A stretch of 27,871 nucleotides of DNA from Vulcanimicrobiales bacterium (GCA_038215615.1 JBBQQR010000026.1:1-27871), one strand, 5' to 3'. Numbered from the stretch's first letter, positions 19,165 through 27,574 are shown. Notes: generated from the letters alone by a model not told the origin. Program-made: numbers and translations.

Positions 19165-20202
19165 CTATCGCAGCGTGTAAACTTTTATCGGGCGGCGGCC
19201 GAACTGAATCGCATCGCTGTAAGAGTTGAACCCGAGGTCGATGCGCATGCCGATGATCGCGCCGCCGGTGTCTCCGGCGATCGCGAACCCGTAGCCCGGA
19301 ATGAAGAGCTTCGTTCCGAGCGGGATGACCCGCGGATCGACGGCCACGATTCCGCGTCCGGCGCGATAACCGGTGGCGGTGTAACCGCTGCAGCCGGCGC
19401 ACGACGCCGTATAAGCGGTTGCGATCATATCCATCGCGTCGGTAGCGATATACGCGGTTTTCTGCAGTCCGCGCTGCGCGAAATCTGCAAACGCTGCGTA
19501 GGTTCCCACGCCCTCGGCGATGATCCGCATGCGCGGCTTGCGCAGAACGTGCGATGCCACGATGCGTTTGCTGAGCTTACCGTCGGTGATCGTGAATCTG
19601 ATGATCGCTAGGCGTTGGCCCTCTCGTCCGGGGGAGACGATCTTCGTTTTTCCCGGCGCCAGTGCGAAGTCGATGCCGTGCACGATTTTCGGTGCGATTC
19701 GAATCGTTTGCGCCGAAATCCATTTTGCGATGTGCGTCACGCGGATCGTTTCTCCGGCAACGATCGGCTCGGCGAGCGAAGGCGAGACTTTATCGTAGGT
19801 TCCCAGATGAATGCCGCGCTCTTCGAGAAGCGCGCCGACATCGGCGGCATTGGTAGCGATCGCTCTACGATCGTTGCCGTTGGCCAGCGTTACCGGAACC
19901 GACGCCGAGTATTCGATCTGCATGCCCGGCAAGATCGGCGTGTCGGCCGAAGGATGAACGTAATCGCCGGACCCCACGGTGATCCCGCGTTCTTTGAGGA
20001 AATCGCCGACCGTCCGTGCCGAAGTGGTTTGCACGGTCTGCGTAAGCTGCGATTCAAAGACGACGGATTGCTGGGAGCCGCTTTGGGCGGCGGCGGCGAG
20101 AACCGAGGCGGGGTGCGTAAGATAGCCTGCGGTCACGAGGCCCAAGGTCAGGGCGCCTGCGGCCATGAGCTCGCACGCGCGCCGGGGACTGCGTCCTATC
20201 AA
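19165..20202 (-). CDS. Secreted DUF348/G5/3D-domain cell-wall enzyme (YabE/RpfB-like)
   Basis: Signal peptide, two ubiquitin-like DUF348 repeats (TSARTVGDFLKERGI; TNAADVGALLEERGI), a G5 region, and a 3D domain (ATAY, VAVDPRVIPLGT, AGDTGGAI..RIDL). SD AAAGGAG 5 nt before TTG 20202 favours this start over ATG 20220. Confidence 0.9.
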   Translation of the reverse strand: MIGRSPRRACELMAAGALTLGLVTAGYLTHPASVLAAAAQSGSQQSVVFESQLTQTVQTTSARTVGDFLKERGITVGSGDYVHPSADTPILPGMQIEYSASVPVTLANGNDRRAIATNAADVGALLEERGIHLGTYDKVSPSLAEPIVAGETIRVTHIAKWISAQTIRIAPKIVHGIDFALAPGKTKIVSPGREGQRLAIIRFTITDGKLSKRIVASHVLRKPRMRIIAEGVGTYAAFADFAQRGLQKTAYIATDAMDMIATAYTASCAGCSGYTATGYRAGRGIVAVDPRVIPLGTKLFIPGYGFAIAGDTGGAIIGMRIDLGFNSYSDAIQFGRRPIKVYTLR

Positions 20203-20362
20203 CCTTACTCCTTTCGGCATCGAGCCACGGCGGGGCTAAAGGCGGCTTTCAAGCAGCCCTTCAAGCGGCGGAGGCTCGAGGGTCGGTCTCGGCTGACGGA
20301 TCCAGCTTCGGACACGCCATAACTTCGAGAGTGCCGGAGCCTCGGAAGGCGCCCGGCAGTTC
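20203..20362 (-). promoter_or_regulatory. Structured 5' leader, candidate RNA switch
   Basis: Several inverted repeats, including mutually exclusive 7-bp stems (20337-20343:20271-20277 versus 20273-20279:20220-20226) and a possible anti-SD pairing. Confidence 0.5.
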
Positions 20363-20368
20363 CCGGGC

Positions 20369-20377
20369 ACTATACCA
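20369..20377 (-). promoter_or_regulatory. Extended -10 promoter (TGgTATAGT) for the G5/3D-rsmA operon
   Basis: TGnTATAGT on the minus strand in the intergenic gap; no clear -35. Confidence 0.6.
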
Positions 20378-20482
20378 TGTCTTTACGAAAGGCAGCCTAT
20401 GCCAAAAGTCACAACGGAAGCAGGGGCCTCCTCTTTTTACTGAAGGCGCCGCCGAGCGTGCCATGAATAGATGACGCTCCCC

Positions 20483-21622
20483 ATGAGAATCGGCTTTTTT
20501 ACCGAGGTCTACCGGCCCATCATCAATGGGGTCGTGGCCTCCGTAGATGGCCTGGCCGGGGGTCTGCGCGCGCTGGGTCACGAGGTGCAGTGTTTTGCGC
20601 CTCACATCCCCGGTTCCGATGATGGAGACGGCTCGCTGCGCATGCCGTCGCTGCCGCTTCCAACGTCGACGCCTTACCGCTTGACCGTACCGCTCGTGAG
20701 CCGGCGCAACCGTCGCGGGATCATCAACAACTTGGATGTATTGCACGCGCACTCGCCGTTCGTCACGGGATGGATGAGCGTGCGCTACGCGCGCCGTCTG
20801 CGAGTGCCGCTCGTCTATACCTATCACACGCGTCTGGAAGAATACGTGCACTACCTGCCGTTCGATCCGAAAGCCACGCGGTACGCCGCGTCGACGCTCA
20901 CGCGAAGCTTTGCAAATCTGGCCGACGCGGTGATCGTCCCGACGCCGGCGATGCGCCGTCGCTTGGCCGAAATCGGCGTGACCGCGCATATCGAAGTCGT
21001 TCCCAGCGGCATCGACTTAGCGCATTTCGGATCGGGGGAAATGCGCGCCGGTCTGCGCCGGGCACTCGGCACCAAAGACGGCGAGAAGTTGCTGCTTTTC
21101 GTCGGCCGTTTGGGACGCGAAAAAAACATCGAACTGCTGCTGGAGGCGCTCACGTTGACGCAAGTGCCCGCGCGGCTGGCAATTGCGGGCGACGGTCCCG
21201 AACGGGAAACGCTTGAGCTGCGCGCGTCTGAACTCGGCGTACAAGATCGCGTCCGGTTTTTGGGATCGCTCGAACGCTCCGAACTGCCCGATTATTACGC
21301 CAGCGCCAACGCCTTCGTTTTTCCGAGCGTAACCGAAACTCAAGGCCTCGTCTTAGTGGAAGCGATGGCTGCCGGCTCCGCCGTGATCGCGGCCGATGCC
21401 GCGGTCGTACGCGAAGTCCTCGCCGGGGAAGGCCGGCTCGTCCCCCTTTCGGCGCAGGCGTTTGCCGCCCAAATCGACACCCTGCCGGCGACCCCCGATC
21501 AGGGGGAGTCGGCCCGTAGCCGCGCCGCTGCGGAGAGGTTTGGTATCGAGAGCCAGGCCCGCCGAGTGGCCGGGCTTTACGAGGCGCTGAGGGCTCGCGA
21601 GGTGCAAGCCGCCGCCCCTTGA
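20483..21622 (+). CDS. Glycosyltransferase family 4 (1,2-diacylglycerol glucosyltransferase-like)
   Basis: MRIGFFTEVYRPIINGVVAS, HAHSPF, VYTYHT, FVGRLGREKN, FPSVTETQGLVLVEAMAAG. Confidence 0.9.
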   Translation: MRIGFFTEVYRPIINGVVASVDGLAGGLRALGHEVQCFAPHIPGSDDGDGSLRMPSLPLPTSTPYRLTVPLVSRRNRRGIINNLDVLHAHSPFVTGWMSVRYARRLRVPLVYTYHTRLEEYVHYLPFDPKATRYAASTLTRSFANLADAVIVPTPAMRRRLAEIGVTAHIEVVPSGIDLAHFGSGEMRAGLRRALGTKDGEKLLLFVGRLGREKNIELLLEALTLTQVPARLAIAGDGPERETLELRASELGVQDRVRFLGSLERSELPDYYASANAFVFPSVTETQGLVLVEAMAAGSAVIAADAAVVREVLAGEGRLVPLSAQAFAAQIDTLPATPDQGESARSRAAAERFGIESQARRVAGLYEALRAREVQAAAP

Positions 21623-21647
21623 CTCGAACATATGTTCGGGGTACGAT
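21619..21647 (+). promoter_or_regulatory. Sigma70/SigA promoter TTGACT-N17-TACGAT for a leaderless transcript
   Basis: -35 at 21619-21624, -10 at 21642-21647, ATG at 21654 six nt later, no SD. Confidence 0.85.
21625..21638. promoter_or_regulatory. LexA (SOS/Cheo) box CGAACATATGTTCG
   Basis: Perfect 14-bp palindrome matching the GAAC-N4-GTTC consensus of Firmicutes/Actinobacteria LexA, placed within the -35/-10 spacer. Confidence 0.9.
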
Positions 21648-21653
21648 AGTGAC

Positions 21654-22067
21654 ATGAAAGCGGTAGATGCGTCCGTCGGGTATGCGGCGGATGACGCCGG
21701 AAACGGCGTCGCTTACGTGCGAATGAATCTACGCGAAGGCGGTCCGCGGGTGTTGCGGGTTCCCTTCAGAGTGCAGCGTCAGCCGGCATTGTCGGGCCGC
21801 GAGGTCGGATATGCCGCGCTGACGGCAGTCTGCGCGGCGGCTCGACGCCGCGCGATCGATCACGTCCGGTTTTCGATCGACGATCAGAGCTTAATCGCCG
21901 AGCTGCGCCGGCACGAAACCGTCCCGCCTCCGCTCGCGATGCCGTACGTGCGCCTAGGCTGCGCGCTCAATCAATTCCGGAGGTACGAAATCGCCGATTT
22001 GCCGCCAGGCGACGCCGATCTCAGCGCGCGTGCCCGCTCGGAAACGGCGATGCACGTCGCGGCGTGA
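21654..22067 (+). CDS. SOS-regulated hypothetical protein with a degenerate RNase HI-like (RVT_3-type) fold
   Basis: By-eye alignment to type-1 RNase H-like proteins: REVGYAAL ~ NxAEYxAL, VRFSIDDQSLIAEL ~ VxVxGDSxLVVxQ, PYVRLGCALNQF ~ LYxxAxxLLxxF, DADLSARA ~ ADxLANxA. The CDS is well supported; the fold is inferred. Confidence 0.65.
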   Translation: MKAVDASVGYAADDAGNGVAYVRMNLREGGPRVLRVPFRVQRQPALSGREVGYAALTAVCAAARRRAIDHVRFSIDDQSLIAELRRHETVPPPLAMPYVRLGCALNQFRRYEIADLPPGDADLSARARSETAMHVAA

Positions 22068-22068
22068 C

Positions 22069-22668
22069 GTGGCGCGCTTGCGCCGTTTACGCGTTCACGA
22101 ACTTCCCGCCGGCACGGTCGATTTGGCGAAAGCTTTGCTTGGATGCGTGCTGATCCGCGAGTCTCCGCGGGGCCGCAGCGCCGGGCGAATCGTGGAAACC
22201 GAAGCTTACGTGATCGGCGATCCGGCTTCGCATGCATATCGCGGAAAAAGCCGCCGCAATGCTTCCATGTTCTTGATGCCGCATCGCGCCTACGTCTATA
22301 AGATCTATGGCACGTCGTTTTGCGTCAACGTCACGAGCGAACGCGAAAACGAGGGCGCCGCGGTCTTGGTCCGCGCGCTCGAGCCGATCGAGGGACTTGA
22401 GCTTATGGAAGAGCGCCGCCGAACTGCGCGCGCGATCGATCTCTGCCGCGGGCCCGGGCGCCTCTGTCAGGCTTTGGCAATCGACGGAGAGCTGGATAGG
22501 GTCGATCTCTTGCGCGGCCGGAAGCTTTGGCTTGCCGCACCGTCGGGCGATCCACGGCCAATCGGGACGAGTCGAAGGATCGGAATCAGCAAAGCCTCGC
22601 GACGCAGGCTGCGCTTTTTCGAACGCGGCAGCCCATTTGTGTCGGGACCCAAACACTTGTCGTCCTGA
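22069..22668 (+). CDS. mpg: 3-methyladenine DNA glycosylase (MPG/AAG family)
   Basis: LAKALLGCVL, GRIVETEAY, DPASHAY, AYVYKIYG, AVLVRALEP, GPGRLCQAL, RIGIS. Confidence 0.95.
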   Translation: MARLRRLRVHELPAGTVDLAKALLGCVLIRESPRGRSAGRIVETEAYVIGDPASHAYRGKSRRNASMFLMPHRAYVYKIYGTSFCVNVTSERENEGAAVLVRALEPIEGLELMEERRRTARAIDLCRGPGRLCQALAIDGELDRVDLLRGRKLWLAAPSGDPRPIGTSRRIGISKASRRRLRFFERGSPFVSGPKHLSS

Positions 22669-22676
22669 CCGCCCTG

Positions 22677-22685
22677 TGCTATAGT
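22677..22685 (+). promoter_or_regulatory. Extended -10 promoter (TGcTATAGT) for rho
   Basis: TGnTATAGT 8 nt after the mpg stop; same motif as the promoter at 20369-20377. Confidence 0.6.
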
Positions 22686-22781
22686 TTGGGCGTCGCGACG
22701 TGCGGTTAAACCCTCCGCGACGCATACGTTTCCCCCGCTCACGCCCTACGAGTCCGGCAGCCTCGCCCGATCGTTTCGCAT

Positions 22782-24263
22782 ATGCGGCGTGCGCGACTCT
22801 ACGAGAGAGAAAATCCACTGCAATTCGAACATCGTCCCAACAATGACGGCCGCCCTGGTGGCGGAAACCGCCGCCGCCGCTCACGACGTCACCGGCAATT
22901 TGGCAACAATCCCGCTCCTCATTTCGCCGAACATTTCCCGGTGGTCGCCGAGCAGGCGCTTCCGCAGCTGCTCACGGTCGAAGAGCTTTCGGAGAAATCC
23001 AAAGCCGACCTGAACACCCTCGCCAAAGAATTCGATATCGAGTCGCCGCTCAAGCTCAAAAAAGAAGAGCTGATCCCGAAGATCATGGAGATTCAAGCCC
23101 AGCGCACGGGTCTCGAAGCCGCCAACGGCGTGCTCGACATCTTGCCGGAAGGCTACGGATTTTTGCGGCGCGACGGCTACGTGATCGGGCCCGAAGACGT
23201 CTACGTTAGCCAAACGCAGATTCGCCGCTTCGAACTTCGCCGCGGCGACTTAGTAGACGGGCAAGTTCGTCGTCCCAAGGAAGGCGAGAAATACTTCGGC
23301 CTCATCCGCGTCGATCGCATCAACGGGCTTCTGCCCGATGAAATTCGCGGCCGCCGCCTTTACGAAAAAGGCACGCCGATCTATCCCAACGAGCGGTTCC
23401 GCCTGGAAGTGCGCTCGACCCAACTCTCCACGCGTGTGATCGATCTGTTCTGTCCGATCGGCAAAGGCCAGCGCGCATTGATCGTCTCTCCGCCTAAAGC
23501 CGGTAAGACGACGCTGCTCAAAAATATTGCCAACTCTATTTCGATCAACCACCCCGAAGCGCACATCATCGCGTTGCTCGTCGACGAGCGGCCCGAAGAA
23601 GTCACGGACATGCAGCGCACGATCGACGGCGAAGTCGTCGCTTCGACGTTTGACGAGCATCCCGAGAATCACACCGCCGTCGCCGAACTAACCATGGAGC
23701 GCGCTAAGCGCCTCGTTGAAATCGGCAAAGACGTCGTGATTTTACTCGACTCGATCACGCGCCTCGCGCGTGCCTGGAACCAAGTCATTCCGACCTCGGG
23801 CCGCACGCTGTCGGGCGGTCTCGACACCGCGTCGCTCCACAAACCCAAACGCTTTTTTGGCGCCGCGCGCAAAATCGAAGAAGGCGGTTCGCTCACGATT
23901 ATCGCCACAGCGCTGGTCGAGACGGGCTCCAAGATGGACGACGTCATCTTCGAAGAGTTCAAAGGTACCGGCAACATGGAACTCAACCTGACGCGCAAAC
24001 TGGCGGAGTCGCGCATCTTTCCGGCGATCGACATCAAACGCTCGGGCACGCGTCACGAAGAGTTGCTGCTCAGCGAAGACGAGATGCGCAAAATCTGGAT
24101 GCTGCGCCGCGCTACGAGCGTGCTCAACAGCGGCGACATCACCGAGATCATCCTCGACAAGATGGCGCAAACGCGCACAAACGACGAGTTCTTGCAGACC
24201 GTCACCAAGGAAGCGCTCTCGCTGTCGCGCGGATATAACGAAGAGGGCAACGGGAAGTACTGA
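22782..24263 (+). CDS. rho: Transcription termination factor Rho
   Basis: [72 protein letters not shown]. Start uncertain. Confidence 0.99.
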   Translation: MRRARLYERENPLQFEHRPNNDGRPGGGNRRRRSRRHRQFGNNPAPHFAEHFPVVAEQALPQLLTVEELSEKSKADLNTLAKEFDIESPLKLKKEELIPKIMEIQAQRTGLEAANGVLDILPEGYGFLRRDGYVIGPEDVYVSQTQIRRFELRRGDLVDGQVRRPKEGEKYFGLIRVDRINGLLPDEIRGRRLYEKGTPIYPNERFRLEVRSTQLSTRVIDLFCPIGKGQRALIVSPPKAGKTTLLKNIANSISINHPEAHIIALLVDERPEEVTDMQRTIDGEVVASTFDEHPENHTAVAELTMERAKRLVEIGKDVVILLDSITRLARAWNQVIPTSGRTLSGGLDTASLHKPKRFFGAARKIEEGGSLTIIATALVETGSKMDDVIFEEFKGTGNMELNLTRKLAESRIFPAIDIKRSGTRHEELLLSEDEMRKIWMLRRATSVLNSGDITEIILDKMAQTRTNDEFLQTVTKEALSLSRGYNEEGNGKY

Positions 24264-24298
24264 CCTCCGCAGCACAAATAGCCGGAATCGAAGACGCT

Positions 24299-24330
24299 AG
24301 AAAACCGCCGTCCATGGCGGTTTTCTGCTT
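24299..24330 (+). terminator. Intrinsic (probably bidirectional) terminator after rho
   Basis: AGAAAACCGCC-gtccat-GGCGGTTTTCT, an 11-bp inverted repeat with A- and T-tracts. Confidence 0.85.
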
Positions 24331-24415
24331 CGCTGCCGGCTGTTTATGCCGCTGAAGGCCAGTCCTGCCCGCAAGAAAAAAGACAAGGCCCGGATCGAAC
24401 TATGGAATCTCATTG

Positions 24416-25126
24416 ATGCGGCTGCAGAAATACTTAGCGCACGCCGGCGTCGCGTCGCGGCGCGCGGCCGAAGAACTGATTGTCGCGGGCAAAGTTCGCG
24501 TCAACGGTAAGATCGTGCGCGAGCTCGGAACCAGCGTCGATGAAGACGCCACTGTCAAAGTTGACGGCAAGAGCGTCGCGCTTCCAAAGGCGCATACGTA
24601 TATCGTTTTGAACAAACCGTTCGGCGTCGTGACGACGATGCGCGATCCGGAAGGGCGCCGCACCATCAGCGACTTGTTGCCAAAAGGTCTGCCGCGGGTG
24701 GTCCCGGTCGGGCGATTGGACTACGATACCGCCGGCGTCTTGTTGCTGACAAATGACGGTGAGCTGGCGCACGTGCTGACGCACCCGCGTTTCGGCGTCG
24801 AAAAAACGTACCGTGCCGTGGTGAAGGGACAGCTCTCGAAGGATGAGATCGCACGTCTGCAACGCGGAATGCATTTGGAGGAGTTTCGCGCGTCGGGTGC
24901 GCGCGTGAAAGTGGTTGCATCTCCGTCCGACCGCACGGTGCTGGATATTACGATCCACGAAGGCCGTAACCGGCAAGTCCGCCGCATGCTCGAGGCGGTC
25001 GGCCATCCTGTGCGCGAGCTGCGCCGATTGCAGTTCGGGCCGATTTCGCTCGGGACGCTCCCGGCAGGCCGCAGCCGGCCCGTGACCGCGCGGGAACTCG
25101 CGCGTTTGCGCGAACTGCTCCCGTAG
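24416..25126 (+). CDS. rluB: rRNA pseudouridine synthase, RsuA/RluB family
   Basis: S4 domain [20 protein letters not shown], catalytic [21 protein letters not shown]. Exact paralog assignment uncertain. Confidence 0.8.
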   Translation: MRLQKYLAHAGVASRRAAEELIVAGKVRVNGKIVRELGTSVDEDATVKVDGKSVALPKAHTYIVLNKPFGVVTTMRDPEGRRTISDLLPKGLPRVVPVGRLDYDTAGVLLLTNDGELAHVLTHPRFGVEKTYRAVVKGQLSKDEIARLQRGMHLEEFRASGARVKVVASPSDRTVLDITIHEGRNRQVRRMLEAVGHPVRELRRLQFGPISLGTLPAGRSRPVTARELARLRELLP

Positions 25127-25128
25127 CC

Positions 25129-25992
25129 ATGGAGAGGCTTGCCGCGCTTCCGAATACCTACAAACTCGTGCGGCGCGATGCGCGCGCGAGCCGGACCATC
25201 GTTCAACTGCCCAACGGCGCGAGCTTCGGCGGCGAGGTGCTGGCGATCTGCGCCGGACCGTGCAGCGTCGAGTCGCGGGAACAGATCGAGGCAACCGCGC
25301 AAGCGGTGGCCGCAAGCGGCGCCAACGTGCTGCGCGGCGGGGCGTACAAACCGCGGACCTCGCCTTACGCATTTCAGGGTTTGGGCGCCGAAGGACTGAA
25401 GCTGCTGCGCGATGCGGCCGACCGGTTCGGCATGTCGGTCGTGACCGAAGTTCTCGATCCGCGCGACGTTGCGCTCGTTGCGCAACACGCCGACATGCTG
25501 CAAATAGGCACGCGGAACATGCAGAACTTTACGTTGTTGCGCGAAGTCGGAGACGCTCGCAAGCCGGTCTTGCTCAAGCGCGGACTCTCGGCGACGATCG
25601 AAGAGTGGCTGCTGGCCGCTGAATATTTGCTCGTCGCAGGCAATGCCGAGGTTGTCCTGTGCGAACGGGGGGTGCGCTCGTTCGATTCGGCGACGCGCAA
25701 TCTCTTAGATCTGGCGGCTGTTCCGCTCGTCCACTCGCTTTCGCACTTGCCGGTCATCATCGATCCGTCTCACGGCACGGGCCTCGCCAAGCTGGTAGCG
25801 CCGATGGCGGCCGCTGGGCTCGCCGCCGGAGCCGACGGCTTGCTGGTCGAGGTCCATCCCGACCCGCCGGCGGCAGCGTCGGACGGGCCGCAGTCGCTCA
25901 CGTTCGAGCAGTTCGAAACGTTGATGGGAAGGCTGCATGCGGTCGCCGCCGCGGCGGGACGGCAGCTGCCGTCCGCGACGTTAGCCGCTTGA
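25129..25992 (+). CDS. aroF: DAHP synthase type I-beta, catalytic barrel only
   Basis: [57 protein letters not shown]. Confidence 0.95.
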   Translation: MERLAALPNTYKLVRRDARASRTIVQLPNGASFGGEVLAICAGPCSVESREQIEATAQAVAASGANVLRGGAYKPRTSPYAFQGLGAEGLKLLRDAADRFGMSVVTEVLDPRDVALVAQHADMLQIGTRNMQNFTLLREVGDARKPVLLKRGLSATIEEWLLAAEYLLVAGNAEVVLCERGVRSFDSATRNLLDLAAVPLVHSLSHLPVIIDPSHGTGLAKLVAPMAAAGLAAGADGLLVEVHPDPPAAASDGPQSLTFEQFETLMGRLHAVAAAAGRQLPSATLAA

Positions 25993-26130
25993 CCGCCTAG
26001 GAGGGGAGCGTCGGCGTCCCGCCGCATGGCAAGCGACGAACGTCGTTTGAGAAACGTTTATCCGCGGTATCAACGCTACGCTCCGCGGCCTTCATTATAA
26101 ACACGCACGAGCACGAGGTTTAATAGACGC

Positions 26131-27492
26131 ATGATCCTGATCACCCGCATGGCAGCGGCCGCAGCGGCCGTTTTTGGTGCTGTCGCATTTGCCTCGCCGG
26201 CCAACGCGCAGAACTACAGCAACCAGTTTTCACAGGCGAAATTAATCCACCGCGCCGACACGTCCGTCCCGATCGCCGGGTCAGGCACTGTGGTGATACA
26301 GGTTCAAGTGAATGCCGACGGCAGCCACAAGGTCACGCGTATCATTCGCTCGAGCAATTACCTCGACAACGCTGCGGCGATCGACATCGCGAAAAACTCC
26401 ACCTATCGTCCGCAGCACCGCGGGAAGACCCCGGTCACCGGTTTTTATGACTTCACGATCGCCTTCCACGGCAAGAGCGTCGCTTCCAACGGCGTGGTCG
26501 CATCCGGCACGACGGCGCAGGTGGACGGGCTCATTCATGCCGGCAAGTACGACGCCGCCAAAGCGATCGTTCTTCGGGCGCTCGCGTCCAGGCCCAACGA
26601 TGCAACGTTAAATCAACAGCTCGCAACGGCCGACTATTTCCAGAAAGACTATGCGGGCGCGGCGGCAGCATTCGAAAAAGTGTCGAACATTTCCAAGCCG
26701 TTCATTCCGGTCGCCGCGCAATCGTATGCGATGGCAGCCGTGAAACTCGCACCGACCGACAGCACAACGGCCGTTTCATTCGCGCAAAAAGCCGTGACGC
26801 TGGCACCGGGGGACGGGACGTACTACATTCTGGGTTCGGCGCAAGTGCAAGCCGGCGACGCGGCATCGGCAATCGCGAACCTGCAAAAAGCGCGTTCGCT
26901 CGCGATGGCGGACCCAAAGATGGACAAGAACGCTAAGGTCAACATCGATGCGGCGCTGCTGCAGGCATACATTCAAACCGGGGACACCGCATCGGCCAAG
27001 CCGCTCGAAGACGAGATCACGCAGTTGGACCCGACGAACACGACGGTGAAGCGCATGATCGGAAATCAGTATCTGGCTACGGGAAACGCGTCGTCCAAGG
27101 CCGGCAAGCATGAGGATGCGCTGGCGAGCTTCCTGACGGCGGCCAAAGAAGGCGACAAGGACGTCGCGGTCACGGCCTACGCCTCCGCGGCGTTGGAAGA
27201 GAACACGATCATCGGCGCGTCTAAGACTCCCGCCGTCCCCAACGATTACTTGACGAAAATGAAGCCCTATGCAGACCAAGCCCTGGCGCTCAACCCCAAC
27301 GACGCGCTCGCAAACTACGCGCTCGGCGTTGCTATGGCGGGCGCGTGGATAGTGGGCGGAAAGCAGAAGGCCGAGTTCAAGAGCCAAGCGCTGGATGCGC
27401 TCAACAAAGCGCGAACCGAGGCGCAGGCGCAAGGCAACATGAGCCTAGCGTTTAACATCGACAGCTTCATCAAGGCGAACATTCAAAAATGA
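26131..27492 (+). CDS. Secreted TonB C-terminal domain + TPR repeat protein
   Basis: Signal peptide ending ANA; TonB-C-like GSGTVVIQVQVNADGS..IIRSS..DNAAAIDIAKNSTYRP..G.PV; then Ala-rich helical TPR-like repeats. Confidence 0.75.
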   Translation: MILITRMAAAAAAVFGAVAFASPANAQNYSNQFSQAKLIHRADTSVPIAGSGTVVIQVQVNADGSHKVTRIIRSSNYLDNAAAIDIAKNSTYRPQHRGKTPVTGFYDFTIAFHGKSVASNGVVASGTTAQVDGLIHAGKYDAAKAIVLRALASRPNDATLNQQLATADYFQKDYAGAAAAFEKVSNISKPFIPVAAQSYAMAAVKLAPTDSTTAVSFAQKAVTLAPGDGTYYILGSAQVQAGDAASAIANLQKARSLAMADPKMDKNAKVNIDAALLQAYIQTGDTASAKPLEDEITQLDPTNTTVKRMIGNQYLATGNASSKAGKHEDALASFLTAAKEGDKDVAVTAYASAALEENTIIGASKTPAVPNDYLTKMKPYADQALALNPNDALANYALGVAMAGAWIVGGKQKAEFKSQALDALNKARTEAQAQGNMSLAFNIDSFIKANIQK

Positions 27493-27574
27493 CGAGGACT
27501 TTCCGTAGAGGTAGGCCAATGTGGCGCCTTTCTAAAGCGCACATGCTTTCCCGCGGAACGGGAGGACAGAAATA

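Noticed and set aside
20203..20362. Calling the leader a canonical c-di-AMP (ydaO) or c-di-GMP riboswitch
   Set aside because: Only a short 3' segment resembles ydaO and the conserved 5' elements are not visible. Reported as a candidate switch instead.
20419..20470. AGG-N16/17-GAA(T) pattern resembling a SigH/ECF promoter before the GT4 gene (similar at 24354-24376)
   Set aside because: Too short and degenerate to support without genome-wide statistics.
7048..25503. Many long antisense or alternate-frame ORFs (e.g. 7048-7959, 9525-10421, 22087-22884, 24434-25372)
   Set aside because: Expected shadows of high-GC coding DNA; they overlap well-identified genes and show no family motifs.
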